From positions 55,120,001 through 55,184,000 of the forward strand of contig CM052816.1 of assembly GCA_028534125.1 (NCBI GenBank): a stretch of 64,000 bases of DNA, written 5' to 3'. Position 1 is the first letter of the stretch; each line of letters starts with the position of its first letter. Under the pieces are notes generated by a model. That model ran no database searches, had not been told where the DNA came from, and saw nothing but the letters and a program-made list of their open reading frames with translations. The DNA comes from Lama glama. Its lineage: Eukaryota. The position numbers and the translations under genes are program-made. Shown piece by piece: positions 37,198 to 51,420 of the stretch.

Positions 37198-38307
37198 AAA
37201 ATAATGTGCCTGGTACAATGCCTTGGACATAGAAGGGTCTCAACAGGTGACTGATGCCCCTTCCTTTCCTGGAAGTGTTTAGACTTTAGCCCCGTGGTGA
37301 CAGGCTTGATGCACAATAGGAGAAGCAGGACCTCTGAGTTCACTATACGGACCTCAAAGGTCAGCGTGAGAATGTTAAGAAGCACTTCCCAGAACCATGC
37401 AGAACTCTCAATCCATCAAGGAAGTAGACACTCAAGGGAGTAGACATGTCTTTTGGGTCAGTGGCAGTGGGCAGGTGTGTTGGGGGTGGAGGGGCTATTT
37501 GCACCCAAGCTGATAAACATGTTTTCCCCAGGTGATGCACCTAGGATGAGGAGAGAGACGGGAGGGCTGTGGGTGGACAGCTGGCTTGTGGCTGAATTTA
37601 AGAATTCGAGACTTCTGAAATACTTGCTTCTGGGTACCATGAACAACAAAACACACTCACTACAAGAAATGGCCACTTACACTATGATAATGCCTTTTTG
37701 ATCACACGTCCATTTCTGAAGCCCTTAAAGACTTTATCATTACTATTATTATTTTTTGGCTGATATATTTTATGACTACATGGGAAAACCGAGCCATGGA
37801 GTGGAGGAAATCTGAGCCCAAGGGTCATTTTGTTAAAATGAAAGATGGACTGAACCTAAAATGGACAAATTAAGAAATCATATTGGTGTACACTGATGTA
37901 CCAAAGTGATTCCCAATGTCTTACTCAGACACCTGAGCACAAAATCATCAGGGCCTGTGACATTCAGTGAAGTATGGCAAAGCTGGCCAGCACAGCTGGG
38001 GCCGCCTGGTGCCTGCCTGTCCTGGCTGAGCTGGGGCGTGGGCCCCAGCTCTCATTTCAGCAACCCCTCCACCCCCCGCCACCCTGGAGAGGGCGCAGAA
38101 CCCTGTGGCATGCCTTACAAGTTCCACGCCTGTGCCTTTCCCCTTTTTTAGCCATCTTCAACACCTTCAAATGATAAGTGAACAGTTAAGAAAACATAGT
38201 TAGGAAAAGGCGAGTAAAATCTTTTTAATATTATAGTTCCTTCTTCCTTCCCCCAACCTCAACTTAGTCCCACCTGTGGTAAGAAGACTATATATAATGA
38301 ACACTAG

Positions 38308-38512
38308 GTCAGGCACTGTGCTGAATAACTGCATTATGTGTATAGTCCTTTAGTACAGCAACCTGTTATGGGTATTATGCCCGTTTTATAGATGAGGAAA
38401 CTGAGGGCCAGAGAGCCTAAGTAACTGTTTCAAAGGTGACAAAACTAGAGAATGGCAGAGCTGGCTTGGAACCAGGGCCTGTCATATCTAAGCCCATGCC
38501 ATTAACCACTCC
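38308..38512 (-). mobile_element. MIR SINE
   Basis: MIR core in reverse: cccgttttatagatgaggaaactgagggccagagagcctaagtaact. Confidence 0.85.
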
Positions 38513-41500
38513 GCTGACTGCCCGTGTCCAGACTGTGGGACAGCTTGCTGCTGAGACCGAGCTTGGCTCTGGGATGTCCACGTAACCTGCAGGTCAGCTG
38601 GTGATGTATGCCAGCAGGTTAGGGCCATCAGACTCCTGTCCTTTCTACCTAGGGAGAGGCACCATGGCTTTTAAAATGGGTCTTTATATAGGATGTGCCA
38701 TTTGAGTATTAATTCATCCAACAAATAAGTGAATGGAAGACTCTGATTCACTGGGTTGCAAGTAATCGAGGTTTTATGATATTATTTTTTCCTTGATTGT
38801 CTCTTATTATCTTACTTTTTTTTCCCCCTGTTTTTCATTTCTCTGATTCCTCTGATCTCACCCTCTAGGTGAGGGTTACGCATTTTACGCATTTTAGCTC
38901 ATTCTACCTCTTTTTCTGTAGCTGAGCTCACACTGGGCTGCACTGACAGAGTCCTGGTATCCCATGAGGGATTTGAACCTGAAAGCAAAAACAGCGCCCA
39001 GTTTTGAGCACTGATTATGAACATGTTGGACTTTAACATGATCATTACATTAAATCCCAAATGCTGACATAGGAAATGCGGCTGGGGGAGGGGAGCGGTC
39101 CTGAAAAGCTCAACAAAGCTCACGCACCCAGAAGCAGCAGGGCTGAGACTCACAGTAAGCCATCACTGGCACCTCCTGCCCTTGGCCACAGTGTCTTCCT
39201 TCTTGTGAGCAAAATGTACGTAGTCTTCCCTGTTTCCTTCTTCCACCAGACAGCTATCTGACCATCCCCTCCCTCCCTTCATCCCAGTTTCACCATCAGG
39301 GAGAAGAAATGCATTAGCTTCGCACATCTTGTAACTAAAGGAAGCAGAAGACATCTGATAATTCGGACAGCCTGGGGCAAATGTCTGTTTTTAAGCCCAG
39401 ACACCACACTGTTGCTGGAGAGAGGTGGGGATGGGATGGGCTCGGGTTTCATGTGCGCCCCCAGCTTGGCCCAGAGAGGTCTGCAGCGAAGGGTGGGAGA
39501 TGGAGGTGGTGGGGCTGCTCTAACGCTGAGCCTGGCCCCGTGTGCTGCGGGCTTTAAGAGCTGAGGCATTTGTGCTGCACCAAGAGCCTTCCCACGTGGC
39601 TAACTGAACCTCCCTGCTGCACACTGTCGTGCACAGGGCAACACCTCATCTGAAGTACATAAGAATTTAAAAGAAAATGACGACAGAGGGTTTAATGGAG
39701 CAGAGAGCACTGTAATCGGGCAGCAATGCCAAAGCCTGGGGCTAAATGAAAGCTCTCAGCCACGGAGGAAAGTGCCTGTGATTCAGCTCCTGGTCGCAGT
39801 TTCCCCTTAAGGCACTGTGGCTTCCATTAAACTCGGAAGTGTCCTGATTAAAAGTGGGTGTGGGGGAGGGGAGAAAGGCTGAAGGTCAGCCTTTGCAGCT
39901 GTGCCATCTGTTCCCAGACACTGTGCTTGTTCTTTTGTGAACTGGAAGCGAGTCTCCACGCTGGGTCAGAAGTCACAGGCTTGAGAAGAGGTGTGGGGTC
40001 AAGAGGAAGCACACTTTCAAACACCTGCTCTCAGGTGCTGCAGGCACCTGAGCTTTGAAGCACGGGCGTGTCCTTCTGGGTGGGCTTCTCTCCTGCCCTC
40101 CCTCACTTTGGGGGGACTGCTGTTTGCCACGGGGTTGAGAAACAGTCCAGAAGCTCCTGGCTAGAAGGATCTGGTCACAAAGGAGGTGATGGCGAGGGAC
40201 GGTGCCTGGTCTGGTGACATCTGCTTCCTAAGGTCTTGTTGGAGTGGGAACCTTCAGATGTTGCTGACCATCTGTCTCCAGGGATGGTTTCAGCTCCAAG
40301 AGCAGTAATGTGAAGTTAAAGCACATTGCTCCTGGATGCTGGTGTGGGCAGGCAGGCAGGCAGGCCAGGTGCATCCAAGGTCCATCAGGAACTCCTGGCA
40401 CAGCCCACATCTTCATTCGCCAGCCCCTGCAGCAATCCAAACACCTTTTCTGGGAATTGTATCTAACTTCCTAATCCTTCCAGGTTTCTTTTCAATATCC
40501 TCAGTGACCAGTGCAAGGTCTATTTTGCATCAGAAGCCTGTCTGGAGCCAGAATTCAGGTCTCATGGTGTCAGGCTCAGGCTTTGGGCACTGGCTGCGCG
40601 GCTACAAATGCAGAAAGGTGATGCCCAGAAACACACAAGAGCACTTGCTTTCCCCACGACTATGTGGATCATTTATCCCTTTATCTTCTTGCCATGTTGA
40701 TGCCAATTATTGATTCCTTCCCGCCAGAGAAAATCCTACTATCAGTGTGAGAAGGGCCAGTACCTGGCTCTGAGCTGCTTTATTATGCCCTGAATTCCTT
40801 CCTTGCTGGGTGAAAATTCAATACACTGTACAGGAGGCAGAGCTCAGAGATTTCCTGAACAAAAGAGGATGGGGAGGCAAGGACCTGCATGCTCCTGCTG
40901 TTTCTGTGGGCTGTGGCGTCCTTTATACCCTGCAGAATTTCAGAGGGAAAAGAGAGAGCTTCTCATTTTTTTAGGGGCTGTAGGGCAAGTGGATGGACTT
41001 TTAACTCTTCATCTAGTTTAAATCAAGTAAAAAAGATGTGTCATTGGAAAGAAGAGATATTTAGATGTCCACGTTACTTTTTAAGTGTGATTCTGAACTG
41101 GATGAGCAGAAAAGCCCTTTAGCTGAAACCAGTAATACTGAAACTCACACACTGACTGAGTAAGTCAGCCACGCAGGTCAGGTCTGTGCTTTGCTCCCAT
41201 TCACAGCTGCCCTGTGTCTGTATGATGAAGTCCCAGGGCTTCGGGGATCACCCACTGGGAGAAGTACAGAGCTGACACATCCCAATCCAGGCTGCACATG
41301 AGAACCACTGGAGAGCTTTAAAAATGATTGACGATGAGTCCACAGCACAGAGAAACTGATTCAACTGACCTAGGGTAGGACCCAGGCATGGCTATGTTCA
41401 GGGGGTGGGGGAAGTGGTAAACTTCTATTAGCAAGTGCTTATGAAAAAGTGTAACTTCCATACAGTGACATGCACAAATCTTGAGCGCCCAGCTAAAGGA

Positions 41501-44025
41501 ATTTTTATGCATAAATACTCCTGAAACCCACCCCCTTCTGACTACCAAACAGAATGTCATCATCTCCCAAGAGTGTCAGCACAAGACTTTTTCAATTAAA
41601 CTCTTGTATTTTAAAACTCTTCAAGTTGCAAGAGTATAACAATGAACTCAGCATGGGTATTTTAAAACTCTCCCCTGTGATTCTAACATGCAGGCAGACT
41701 GACAGCAGTAATTTGCTGTTTTTGTCACGCTTCTGGCCATGGAAAGCCTTCAGGAAAGCATGGGCATAAGGTTTTAATTTTCTGTTACTGATTTCTTAAC
41801 CAGGTCATTACTACTTCCTTCGAGATAGAAATTAATGTCAGCCCCAGACACACTTAATTTTGTTGCACTTGGATTGTCTTTATAACTTTTCATCCATTGC
41901 TTATGATTCATAACCTCTCTCTTTCTGGCTATATATGATTTCAGTGGCTCTTTCTGCTATAAATAAGAATATCTTGTATGTGCTTGGGAAAAACAAAGGT
42001 AGAGATCATGCTAATATTTTGTGGGTCGGCCGCTGACTGTTGGTGGGCAGGGCAAGAGACAAAACCTGGTGTCCTGCACAGGGTTCCTCGTGGTTCGAGG
42101 GCAGGGATGTGAGAAAGGCAGGGGACTGAGAAGCCGAATACCGACCGAGGAAACAAAAACAAAAGGAATCATGTCCAGACCTGGTGGAAATGCGCAGAGG
42201 CCAACCTGAGTTATGAGTTAAGGGGGGCCTGTGGGAGATTCTGAGATATGATGCGAAGGGAGGACCAGGGAGGGGATAGTAATAAAGCCAGGAGCCATGA
42301 AGCTGTGCTTTCACCAGAGGCTGAGACACAGAACACAGCAGCCTTAGAAGGAACCCAGCTGCCCAGGACAGCTGCCAGGGTCTGCCCTGTGTGAGGACCT
42401 GGAAGGGATGGCTGGGGGCGAACCTGCAATTGTGACCACCTGGAAGAGGTACCTTATTTTAAGTTGCACAAAAGCTGCCTACGGACTCGCAGAGGTTCTG
42501 GGGGCCAGCCCTGGGTACAGCTGGGTTCTGCCAAGACCCTGCATCTCCTTTTTGTCTCCCGATACACAGTTCCTAAGAAGCAATTCCTTACGTGGCAGCT
42601 AACTGACTTTTTTCCCGGGAACAGTGAGTGGAATGGAGCAGCAGTTCCTCAGGTTCCAGACAGAGGAGGAGAATCTCCTTCAGTTCCTTGGATTTGGGCA
42701 GAAGACAGGACTCATGGTGGATATAGGTAACTGCCTGTAGGGAGGGCATCTCTGGCCCAGAAGTGACCAAAGAATCTAACATGGGGAACCCATCACACTC
42801 AAATGTTTGGCAAAGACAAGTTCTCTTCAGGTCCAGTAGCCCATTTCTTATGTCTTATGTTTTTTTTTTGGTTGTTGTGGTTAAATACGATTTTGGTTTG
42901 CATAGGAATTTTTAGGTTTATTAAAAGAAAGAGTGTGACAACATGAATTTGGTAGCTCAGCATGTAAAAGAAACCACAATGCATCGGTACGCTGCAGTCT
43001 GCCTCGTCTTTGATTTTAGCAATGAGTTAAATTCACCGAAAGTTGTTTTCTAACAGAACTATGCTTTATAATGAAAAGTTGCTCTGTTCTTTAAAAAAAA
43101 AAAAAGCAGGAAGATAGAAAATGAGCAAAGTGAAGTTTTGAAATCTAATTTTTTAAATTGATCCGATTTTAGCTAGAACAAAGAGTGAGTTTTTGAAGTC
43201 ATGGTGGTTTTAATTTATATAGTATTCATACTTTGCCATCTTCAGCCTGTTTGTGTACACACACACACACAAATATAACCAGAACACACCCCCCACCTTC
43301 CTGCTATATTGACTTCAATTCCTAGATTCTGTTAACTAATCCCAGCATCTCATTGTTTGTGGGTAAAGCAAGGAGGAGCTTGTAGCTTCTGAGGACGAGT
43401 GCTGTCCAGAACATGAAACCTTCAAGTATCTGAACAGTAAGTGCTTGGGAGAAACTGAGGGGATCTGCAGAGCAAGGACGGTAGAGTCACCTCTTAAGTT
43501 CTGCAAACTGATGGTCTGTGACAAGTCAGGATTCTTCCTGCTCCCATCCCAGTTCTGAGCTGCCAGAACAAGTGGGGCTGACGTGGGCTGAGCCTTGGAC
43601 TAAGCCCAGAGCAGACAACTAAAGGCACCCGTGTGTGTGCCTGATGCGTATGAGTTAAATCACTCAAGGTTTTAAGAACAACTATGTCATGTTGTCTTAT
43701 ATGCTGCTTATGATCTGCGTATCCTCTGACCTCCACTTACATGGAGACCCCAGAGCTGATAGCACAAAGGAAACAAATGAAAGCAATGGCTTTAAAAACA
43801 GCAAAATGCAATAGTATCTGGCAAGGATCATTAGCACACTCTTATCTTCTACAAATCTCCGTATGGGGGACGGTAGGGGAGAAGGTCCTAGACATTACAA
43901 AAAGGAGAAACATGACGATGACAGTGTTGTTCTCAAATCAGCATTTATGAGAGAGGGAAGGGATGGGAACGGAGGCTGAAATAAAACAAGGTGACCGTGC
44001 GGCTGGTGCGAGGCCAGCCTCTTAC

Positions 44026-44177
44026 CATAGTGCGGGATGATGGCCCAGGCCATGGCAGAGGCATAGATGCCGCCGATCATCCAGAACATGCATAGCCAGC
44101 TCAGATGCTCGCCCCGCTTCTCTCGGGCCAGCACTTCCGCAAAGTAGGAGAACACGGTGGGAATGGCTCCTCCAATC
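44026..44177 (-). CDS. SV2C: SV2C internal coding exon (probably exon 4), 152 nt
   Basis: Acceptor ggcag|G ATT GGA and donor TAT G|gtaag. Encodes IGGAIPTVFSYFAEVLAREKRGEHLSWLCMFWMIGGIYASAMAWAIIPHY. Phase 2 to 1 fits both neighbouring exons. Confidence 0.97.
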
Positions 44178-45622
44178 CTGCCAAGAGGTACAGAGGATGC
44201 ATGAAATCAGGGCCTGTACAGCCTGAACCACAAAGCACAGAGCAAAAGCAAGTTCTAGGTACCCATGCTCGCCTTCTGTCCCAGTGTGTCAAGGAATACG
44301 TATTTTCTATCATTTATTAACTTTAATCTTAGAGTCTCCAGGTTTTTGGGTTTTTTTGTAAACAAAGTTTATCCTAGGAAGAGCAACTAACTGAGAGATA
44401 AAATCATTTTAAAATTTACATGTATGTACTGCACTTGAACCTGCAATTAAGCTATGTTACCAAACGGTGGCAGGAGTGCCCTACTCATGTGCTTTATAGA
44501 GCTTAGCTTAAGATCTCCATGGACTTCATGTTCCTTATGTTAAATGTTCTACATATTTATCAAAAATTATAATATTGGGTATAATCTAGGAATATTTTAA
44601 TTAACACATTTTTGAAAAAGAGATACTATGATTATGCCCTGTCCATGACATGGGAACTTTGGAGGGCTGTCTGCAACTTATACTTCTACCCCACAGCATT
44701 GGTCCTGGAGCCCACTGTGGCTGATGTGTTGGCAAACACAAGACCAACAGGGTTGCTTCCCAGACTTGCGCAGGTCCCACCCCGTCCAGCAGATACTGCT
44801 GAATGAGTACATGTGGAAAAGGCACTGGGAGAATCAAATAAAGAGCTGTTGATTTGGATACCAATACTATAATGCTTCCTTCCAGTCAGGATGATTGTAA
44901 GAAATACTGACTGATCTCTGGACAGAGGATATGAACAGTGACCTCTATTCAAGTTAAGGGTTCTCAGATGATGGCCTGTGGAATCCAAATTTTGTTCATT
45001 CTAGGGAGATGGGCCATGGATCACATCAGAATTTCAAATTTGTCTTGACCCCCCAGTTTTAAGAGTCACTGCCTAAGAAAGTATGGTAGTATGAGGGAAA
45101 ATTACTTACTATCATCCCAAACAATGTGTGATTTCTTAAAATACACATTTTAAAAAAATGTGCAACAATATAAGTGAGTTGAAAAGACAATATCTAGTGA
45201 AACAGTTTTTAAAATATGTGCTGATTCCTTTATGTCCCAATTTCTGTAAGGAAAATTGCAATTGACATTTCATGTAAATTTGAAGTCAATAGCAACCCAT
45301 ATATTTCTCCATTTAGCAATAACTGATTTCCTTAGAGCCTTTGATATGATAAAGAAGTACTGGCAGCGACCTTAGCAAATGCAGTTAAGAGAAAGGCCAT
45401 ATTTGTAGCAAACTAGATGCACCAAATGAACAACGTCACTGCATCTACTGGTAGGTCGCAGCGCGGCACCGTTTCATGAGTTTGCCCCAGTTTATAGAGA
45501 TGCGGTAGTTACCTCCTGCTGGTTCTGGGCAGACCACTTAGACCAGTGTTTCTTAATCTGTAGGCTATGAATTAATTTAGTTACTGTAAACAGCATTTTA
45601 AACAGCATTTCCCAATTGAAAT

Positions 45623-46098
45623 GGGATGGACCTAGAGATTATCATACTAAGTGAAGTCAGCCAGACAAAGAAAGGCATATATCCCATGATATCACTTACA
45701 TGTGGAATATTTAAACAATGAGACAAATGAACTTATTTACAAAACAGAAAGAGACTCAACAACATAGAAAACAAAGTTATGGTTACTAGAGGCAAAGTGG
45801 GGGAGGGATAAATTAGAAGTTCAGGATTAGAGGATACAAACTATTATATGTAAAATAGATAACAATGCTCTATTGTATAGCACAGGGAACTGTATTCAAT
45901 AGAGTTGTAAAACCTATAATAGGTTATTACAGGTTAATAGCCTATATTGAAACCTATAATGAAAAGTTAACCTTATAATAACCTATGATGAAAAAATATG
46001 AAAAAGACTATGTACATATATATATGTATAACTGAATCATCATTGTGTTCTACACCAAAACTAACATATTGTAAATCAACTATACTTCAATTAGAAAA
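45623..46098 (+). mobile_element. L1 3' end flanked by aattgaaat direct repeats
   Basis: ggatggacctagagattatcatactaagtgaagtcagccagac...gtaaatcaactatacttcaattagaaaa. Confidence 0.9.
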
Positions 46099-47837
46099 AT
46101 TGAAATAGAGATGAAAATATCTGTGACACTCAAGTAATAAAGATAAGTATCATGTCATAAAACTTTTCTCTTACAAACATATTTATAATATTTGCATATG
46201 TATATATGAGTATACATATATAATTATGTAAATATATATGTATATAAAAATGTATTGTGTTTCTTAGTAAGAACTGCTATTCAAAGAGTTTTAAAAAATA
46301 ACTAACTTAAAGCATCTCTGTCTGTTCCTCTGGGCTATGAACGCAACAGTTCTTCCTAAAATCCCTGTAAGTATGACTCCACACGACTTCAGATGCAGCG
46401 CATGGGAATTCAGCACCATCACAACAGGGGTAGCCAGCCAGGTTCAAGTCCATCAACCAGACCCTCAAACAGGAAACAGACGCGTGTGGTGGGCAGTCAG
46501 AGCTGGTGCTACAGCACAGCACATCAGCTCACAGTTCTCTTCCTGGCTTCTTGAGGACCCCATACCATGCATGGGCAGCTAGCTGAATTTAAAAATTCAA
46601 CAAAGTTTTGAACAGATTTGAAATGGTCTCATTACAATACAGTTTTAATGGGAAGGAAAACCTCTCTGTCATAAATCATTTAACGCTTCTCCTTTTGTCA
46701 TTTCATGTGAAGAATCTGTTTCTCTGCACCATAAAGTCCCAGATCCCTAATCTGTGCCTTCATTTCTCAATGCATAGAAAGAGTCTCAGTTTCTCCTGAT
46801 TTTTCACATCCTAATTAATGTTTCATCAGGATATTGGACATCTTGCATGTAAGAGCTATAACTCATACTTCGTGAAAGCACAATTGTGTGTCAAGATATG
46901 CCAGGCTGCTCTGAACTAAGATGAATGTACTCCAGGGTGGCTAAAATGGCAAGTGGGAGATTGTAGACTTGTTTGTTCGTTTTAAACAAATCACTGTTGC
47001 ATAAAAGAACTCCAACTTTCAGGGGCTTTTAAGCAATCCAGCTGGTTTTGATTCAATGCTTCTTTTTTAAAGTGGTTATTTTTGCATGGATGCCTCTCAA
47101 TATCTATAAAGCGGACTACAAGGAACTCTAAAATCAAGGGATAAATGAAGAAAGAGGGAGGGAGTCTATTTAAATCCCTTGCAAAGTCCTTCAGACTCAG
47201 ACTTAAAAAACAATCCAAGCATTCACATTTCTCATTGTAGGCTCATCGTCTATTTTGGGGAAAATATTACTCCTCAACTTACTGTGATGTCCTTCAAGCA
47301 GAGAAAAAACATTACGGCGTGCTATATAATATTATCAGTATTTCATATCCCATCAGAGTGCTTACACACTGTTTACGCTAGAACAAAGGCTCTTTGAAGA
47401 TGAGGACTACATTGTATTCATCTTTGAACCTCCTTTACCTGGCCCTGGGCACGCACTAAGCGTTTACTCAGAGGAACTGAATTTCACGAAGACTCTCCAG
47501 TGATGGAGGCGGGATTCCAAGCCTCCTGAAGTAATCTGCTCTGATGACCTAAACATATCCAGTGAATGGAAACGTGACCTGAAGTGTTGGAGGCGCTGGA
47601 ATGGCAGTTCTGAGAGCAACAGAGCCCCCAGAGAGTTCTTGAACTGCTCTGTGTCTCAGCTGTCCCTCTCCATCACCAAATCCTATTTTTAAAGTTTCCT
47701 GTTACTACTCTACCTCCATATTTTGTGTGCGGGGCTAATTCATTTCCTTATTTGTTTTACTGTACTGAGATACAGTTTCTGAGAATACTTGAAGAGATAA
47801 AAATATTTAAGTGGTTGTTCTCAAATTTCCATGTATC

Positions 47838-48058
47838 AGTGGTTATTAAATAGGGCTGATTTTGCTTCCCCTCTCAGTAGACATGTGACAATGTCTGGAG
47901 ACATTTTTAGTTGTCACAACTCAGAGGATGCCATTGGCAAATAGTAGGTAGAGGCCAGCCAGGCACATTGCTGAAAATCCTACAGTATTCAAGGCAGCAC
48001 CTCCCAACAAAGAATCATCCAGCCCCAAATATTAATAGTGCTCAGGCTGAGCAACTCT
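47838..48058 (+). mobile_element. MER20 (hAT-Charlie), near full length
   Basis: cagtggttattaaatagggctgattttgc...caatgtctggagacatttttagttgtcacaac...aagaatcatccagccccaaatattaatagtgctcaggctgag. Confidence 0.85.
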
Positions 48059-48460
48059 TGCAATGGAGACTTACTACGGAAAATACAACACTTTATATTT
48101 AAAAGTTAGAATACAAGTCATAAAATGGTTATCTTTTATATTACCTGATAGGTAACACATGCCTAAATGCAGTTGACACGGAGACCTTTTAATGGTTCAT
48201 TACATAATGATGTTAGCTTCTGCTGAAATTTGCTCAAGTTCATTTTTGATGGAATATTTACATAGATGAAGCAATTAGATCAGGGTGATTTATAAAAATT
48301 TTTTCTCACAATCAGCTATTAAGTCTATCTTCTTAGCTGCCATAAAGGATCAGATCTTAATTATCCAGGGTAATAGGAGACTCAAAGGCAATAATAATTG
48401 AAATCCATGCCCTATTATAGGTGGAAAGTAGCTGAACTGACACAAATGAAATAGAATGTT

Positions 48461-48482
48461 GATAGATAGATAGATAGATAGA
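48461..48482. repeat. (GATA)5 microsatellite
   Basis: Read directly from the sequence. Confidence 0.9.
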
Positions 48483-50644
48483 GTTGGAGCTATTCCCTAA
48501 GTAACATTAAGTTTTTACAACTTTAATTACAGATATATTACAAAAGTAAAAAAAAAAAACTGTATTAAAACACACTACTAGAATAAGTTGGGACCCCTCC
48601 ACTACCCAGTACATGTGTGTGTGCACATGTGTGGGGACACACACAATACATACCTCAAAAGGTCTGCAGTACTTTTTGCAATACTCAATTCTAGGCATCG
48701 AGTAAATAGCATGAAACATACTTATTTTCCTCCATAATAGACAAATTCATGAATGAGATGTTGCATACGGCAAAAAGCATATCGGCTTTTACAGACAAAA
48801 TTTCTCCACTGTTGGGAACATGGGACACATACGTTGAATCAGTTTAGCACAGCGGATGAAGCACAATGCCAAACATGACTGCACAAACCTCACTGGAAAA
48901 CTGGGAAGCCCAACTGTCTTAGGTCTGCAAATTTCACAGCCACACCTCATGTTACCCGAGTCCCGATGCAGCTCAGTGGTGGACGGTGTTTGCACCTCAT
49001 TGCACTGATGCATGCTGACTGGGGCAAAGGTGGGGAGAGGTTTAGGTTTCTTCAGTGAAGGAGGGAGGTTGTAGATAAAAGGGCTAATCCTACTTAAAAT
49101 GGATCGACTGATGTATGACATTTAGGGGAGAAATTATAGAATGACAACTTCTTGTCCTAAGGAGGGATTCTACTGAATAATTCTGTTCTGCTTTAATTTT
49201 CCAGTGAGCAGGTAAAGAAGAGTAATTTCCATGTAACTTATTTCACCATGTGATTGTCAGCTAGTCCATTACCTCAGCCTTCCATTTCCACTGGGAAATG
49301 GGGTATTAGGTGAGACTATAATTAAGGAGGAAGTTGAATAACCACTGTAAAGTCACGTGTTTCATACAGATAGTAAGCAGGGGGCAGAGTCCACAAGAGC
49401 TGACTCTGGTGGCTTTATTACAACAAGTATTAAGCATTTATAAAAAGACTAGTGAATGGTGTAATCTATGTTGGGAATCACAATTACAAAAACTTGCATG
49501 AAAATATCCTTATAATCCTTACTCAGAATCAAAGAGGAAGGAAGACATGAACTGCCAGACAAGTCGGACACCAATTCGGAACCAACTCATTATGATACAA
49601 ATTGGACCCAGGAATGAACAATCAAAGCAGCAGCCCCAAAGATGGAACTTTTTGGTGACTTCCTTTTCATGGAAATAAACAGACTATCACAGAGGCTTAG
49701 ATGAAAGAAACAGATCTAACTGTCACTGAATGGGCTGGGGCTGGGTTGGCACAGAAAATAAGATTGCTGTATGGATTAGAAGGCACATGATTATTATGAG
49801 AAATCAAGAAAGAAATAGGAGAAGAACGCTTCCTCGTAACAAACCAATCATCAAATCAGAAATGGGAATCCGCTATGCCCAGCGGTGGTACTAAAGGATG
49901 GGTGATTAAGGTAGCTTTAAGAGTCTCAGTTTAAACTTGACTGTCTTAAGAAAATTAAGACATAATCATAAAATTTGGGTAAAAGCTGTATTTCAGTCCA
50001 ACTCCCTTAGCCCTTGTTTGCAATCAGGTCAGCACCCTAAGTCCAAACCTATACAAGTCTGCGTATCCAGAGCAGCAGACCTGGTGCCACTGACGGAGAA
50101 GGTGTATTCATAGAGCAGAATTCTAATGCTGTCTTGAAAATAAAAATTAATCTTGCTATTGAGAGAGCTGGAAGCATGCATTCCCACAGCACCTAAATGG
50201 TGTCATGAATAAAGATGGTGATGATCATTATGATTTGTAAGAAACGATGGCAAAATGTATGCAGACTTTTCCAGCCACTTGCTGTATGTATCTACTCATC
50301 CATTCCTCCACTCACCCTCCCACTCCCCTGCCATTTACTCATTCACCCCTCATCCTCCCATCCAGCCCCCCACCTAACCAAACTCTGACCCAGGCACATC
50401 AGCCATTGCTGGAGGTACAGGCACAGAGACCACAAGTTCCTGCCCTTAAGGTGCTCACAGAGTCAATTTTAAAAAGTGCATGTGCCTAGTATCTCACAAT
50501 TATACATTTTGAGTCTGGGAGATCTTTTGCTGTTACTCCTTTCTTAGGATCAACAGTACCTTTGCCAAAGGGTGGACTAGGAAATAAAGTTTGTCCAAAA
50601 GGTCAACCATTGTTGGAAATTCTCATAAAGGGCATTGACTAAGA

Positions 50645-50952
50645 CAGTGCTTTCCACTAGAAATACCATGTGAACCACATATATAATTTCCAATTTTCTA
50701 GAAAAGATATTAAAACAAAGTGAAAAATCAGATGTAGTTACTTTTAATATTATTCATTTAACCCAATATATTCAAGTATTATCATTTTAACATATAATGA
50801 ACTTAAAACATTATTAATGAGATATTCTGCATTCTTTTGTATGTGTTAAGTCTTTGAGACCAGTGCTATGTATGTTGGCACTTACAGCACATCTCAGTTT
50901 GGCCACATTTCAACTGCGTGGTGGCTCTGTGATGACCTGCTGGACAAGACAG
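50645..50952. mobile_element. MER33-like hAT-Charlie MITE
   Basis: cagtgctttccactagaaata...ttaacccaatatattc...cacttacagcacatctcagtttggccacatttcaa...tggacaagacag. Confidence 0.8.
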
Positions 50953-51177
50953 GCCTAAGGGAACAGACCCACTGTTTACAACTTGGGTTTGTGATTATTT
51001 TTGGATTAAAGATAATTTAGTCCGTTGCCTTATCTTCCATATTGGAAAAGGTCTTTGCATTCTGGTTCTTGGGGTCAGACCTTCTTGAACTGATCTGTTC
51101 AAATTATTCATTTAGTGTCTGTCATCTATCAGGCATTGTGTTGTATAAAATCACAGACATTTCTCATTGAATCTGAG

Positions 51178-51420
51178 ACAGCACAGCCTGGTGGTTATGA
51201 GCATGGAGCCAGACTGCCTGGGTATGGCTACAGCACTTACAATGTAACTGTGGACAGTTACTTAACCTCTCCGTGCCTCAATTTCCTCATCTCATCTATA
51301 AAATGGGTAGGAAAAATAGTATCTTCCTCATAGGATCACCGTGAGGTTTAAATGAGTCAATATTTTTAAAGCGCTTAACACAGCATCTCTCACGAAGCAA
51401 ATACTATACAGATGTTTGAT
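51178..51420 (+). mobile_element. MIR SINE
   Basis: ggagccagactgcctgggt...agttacttaacctctccgtgcctcaatttcctcatct...aaaatggg...gtgaggtttaaatgag. Confidence 0.88.
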
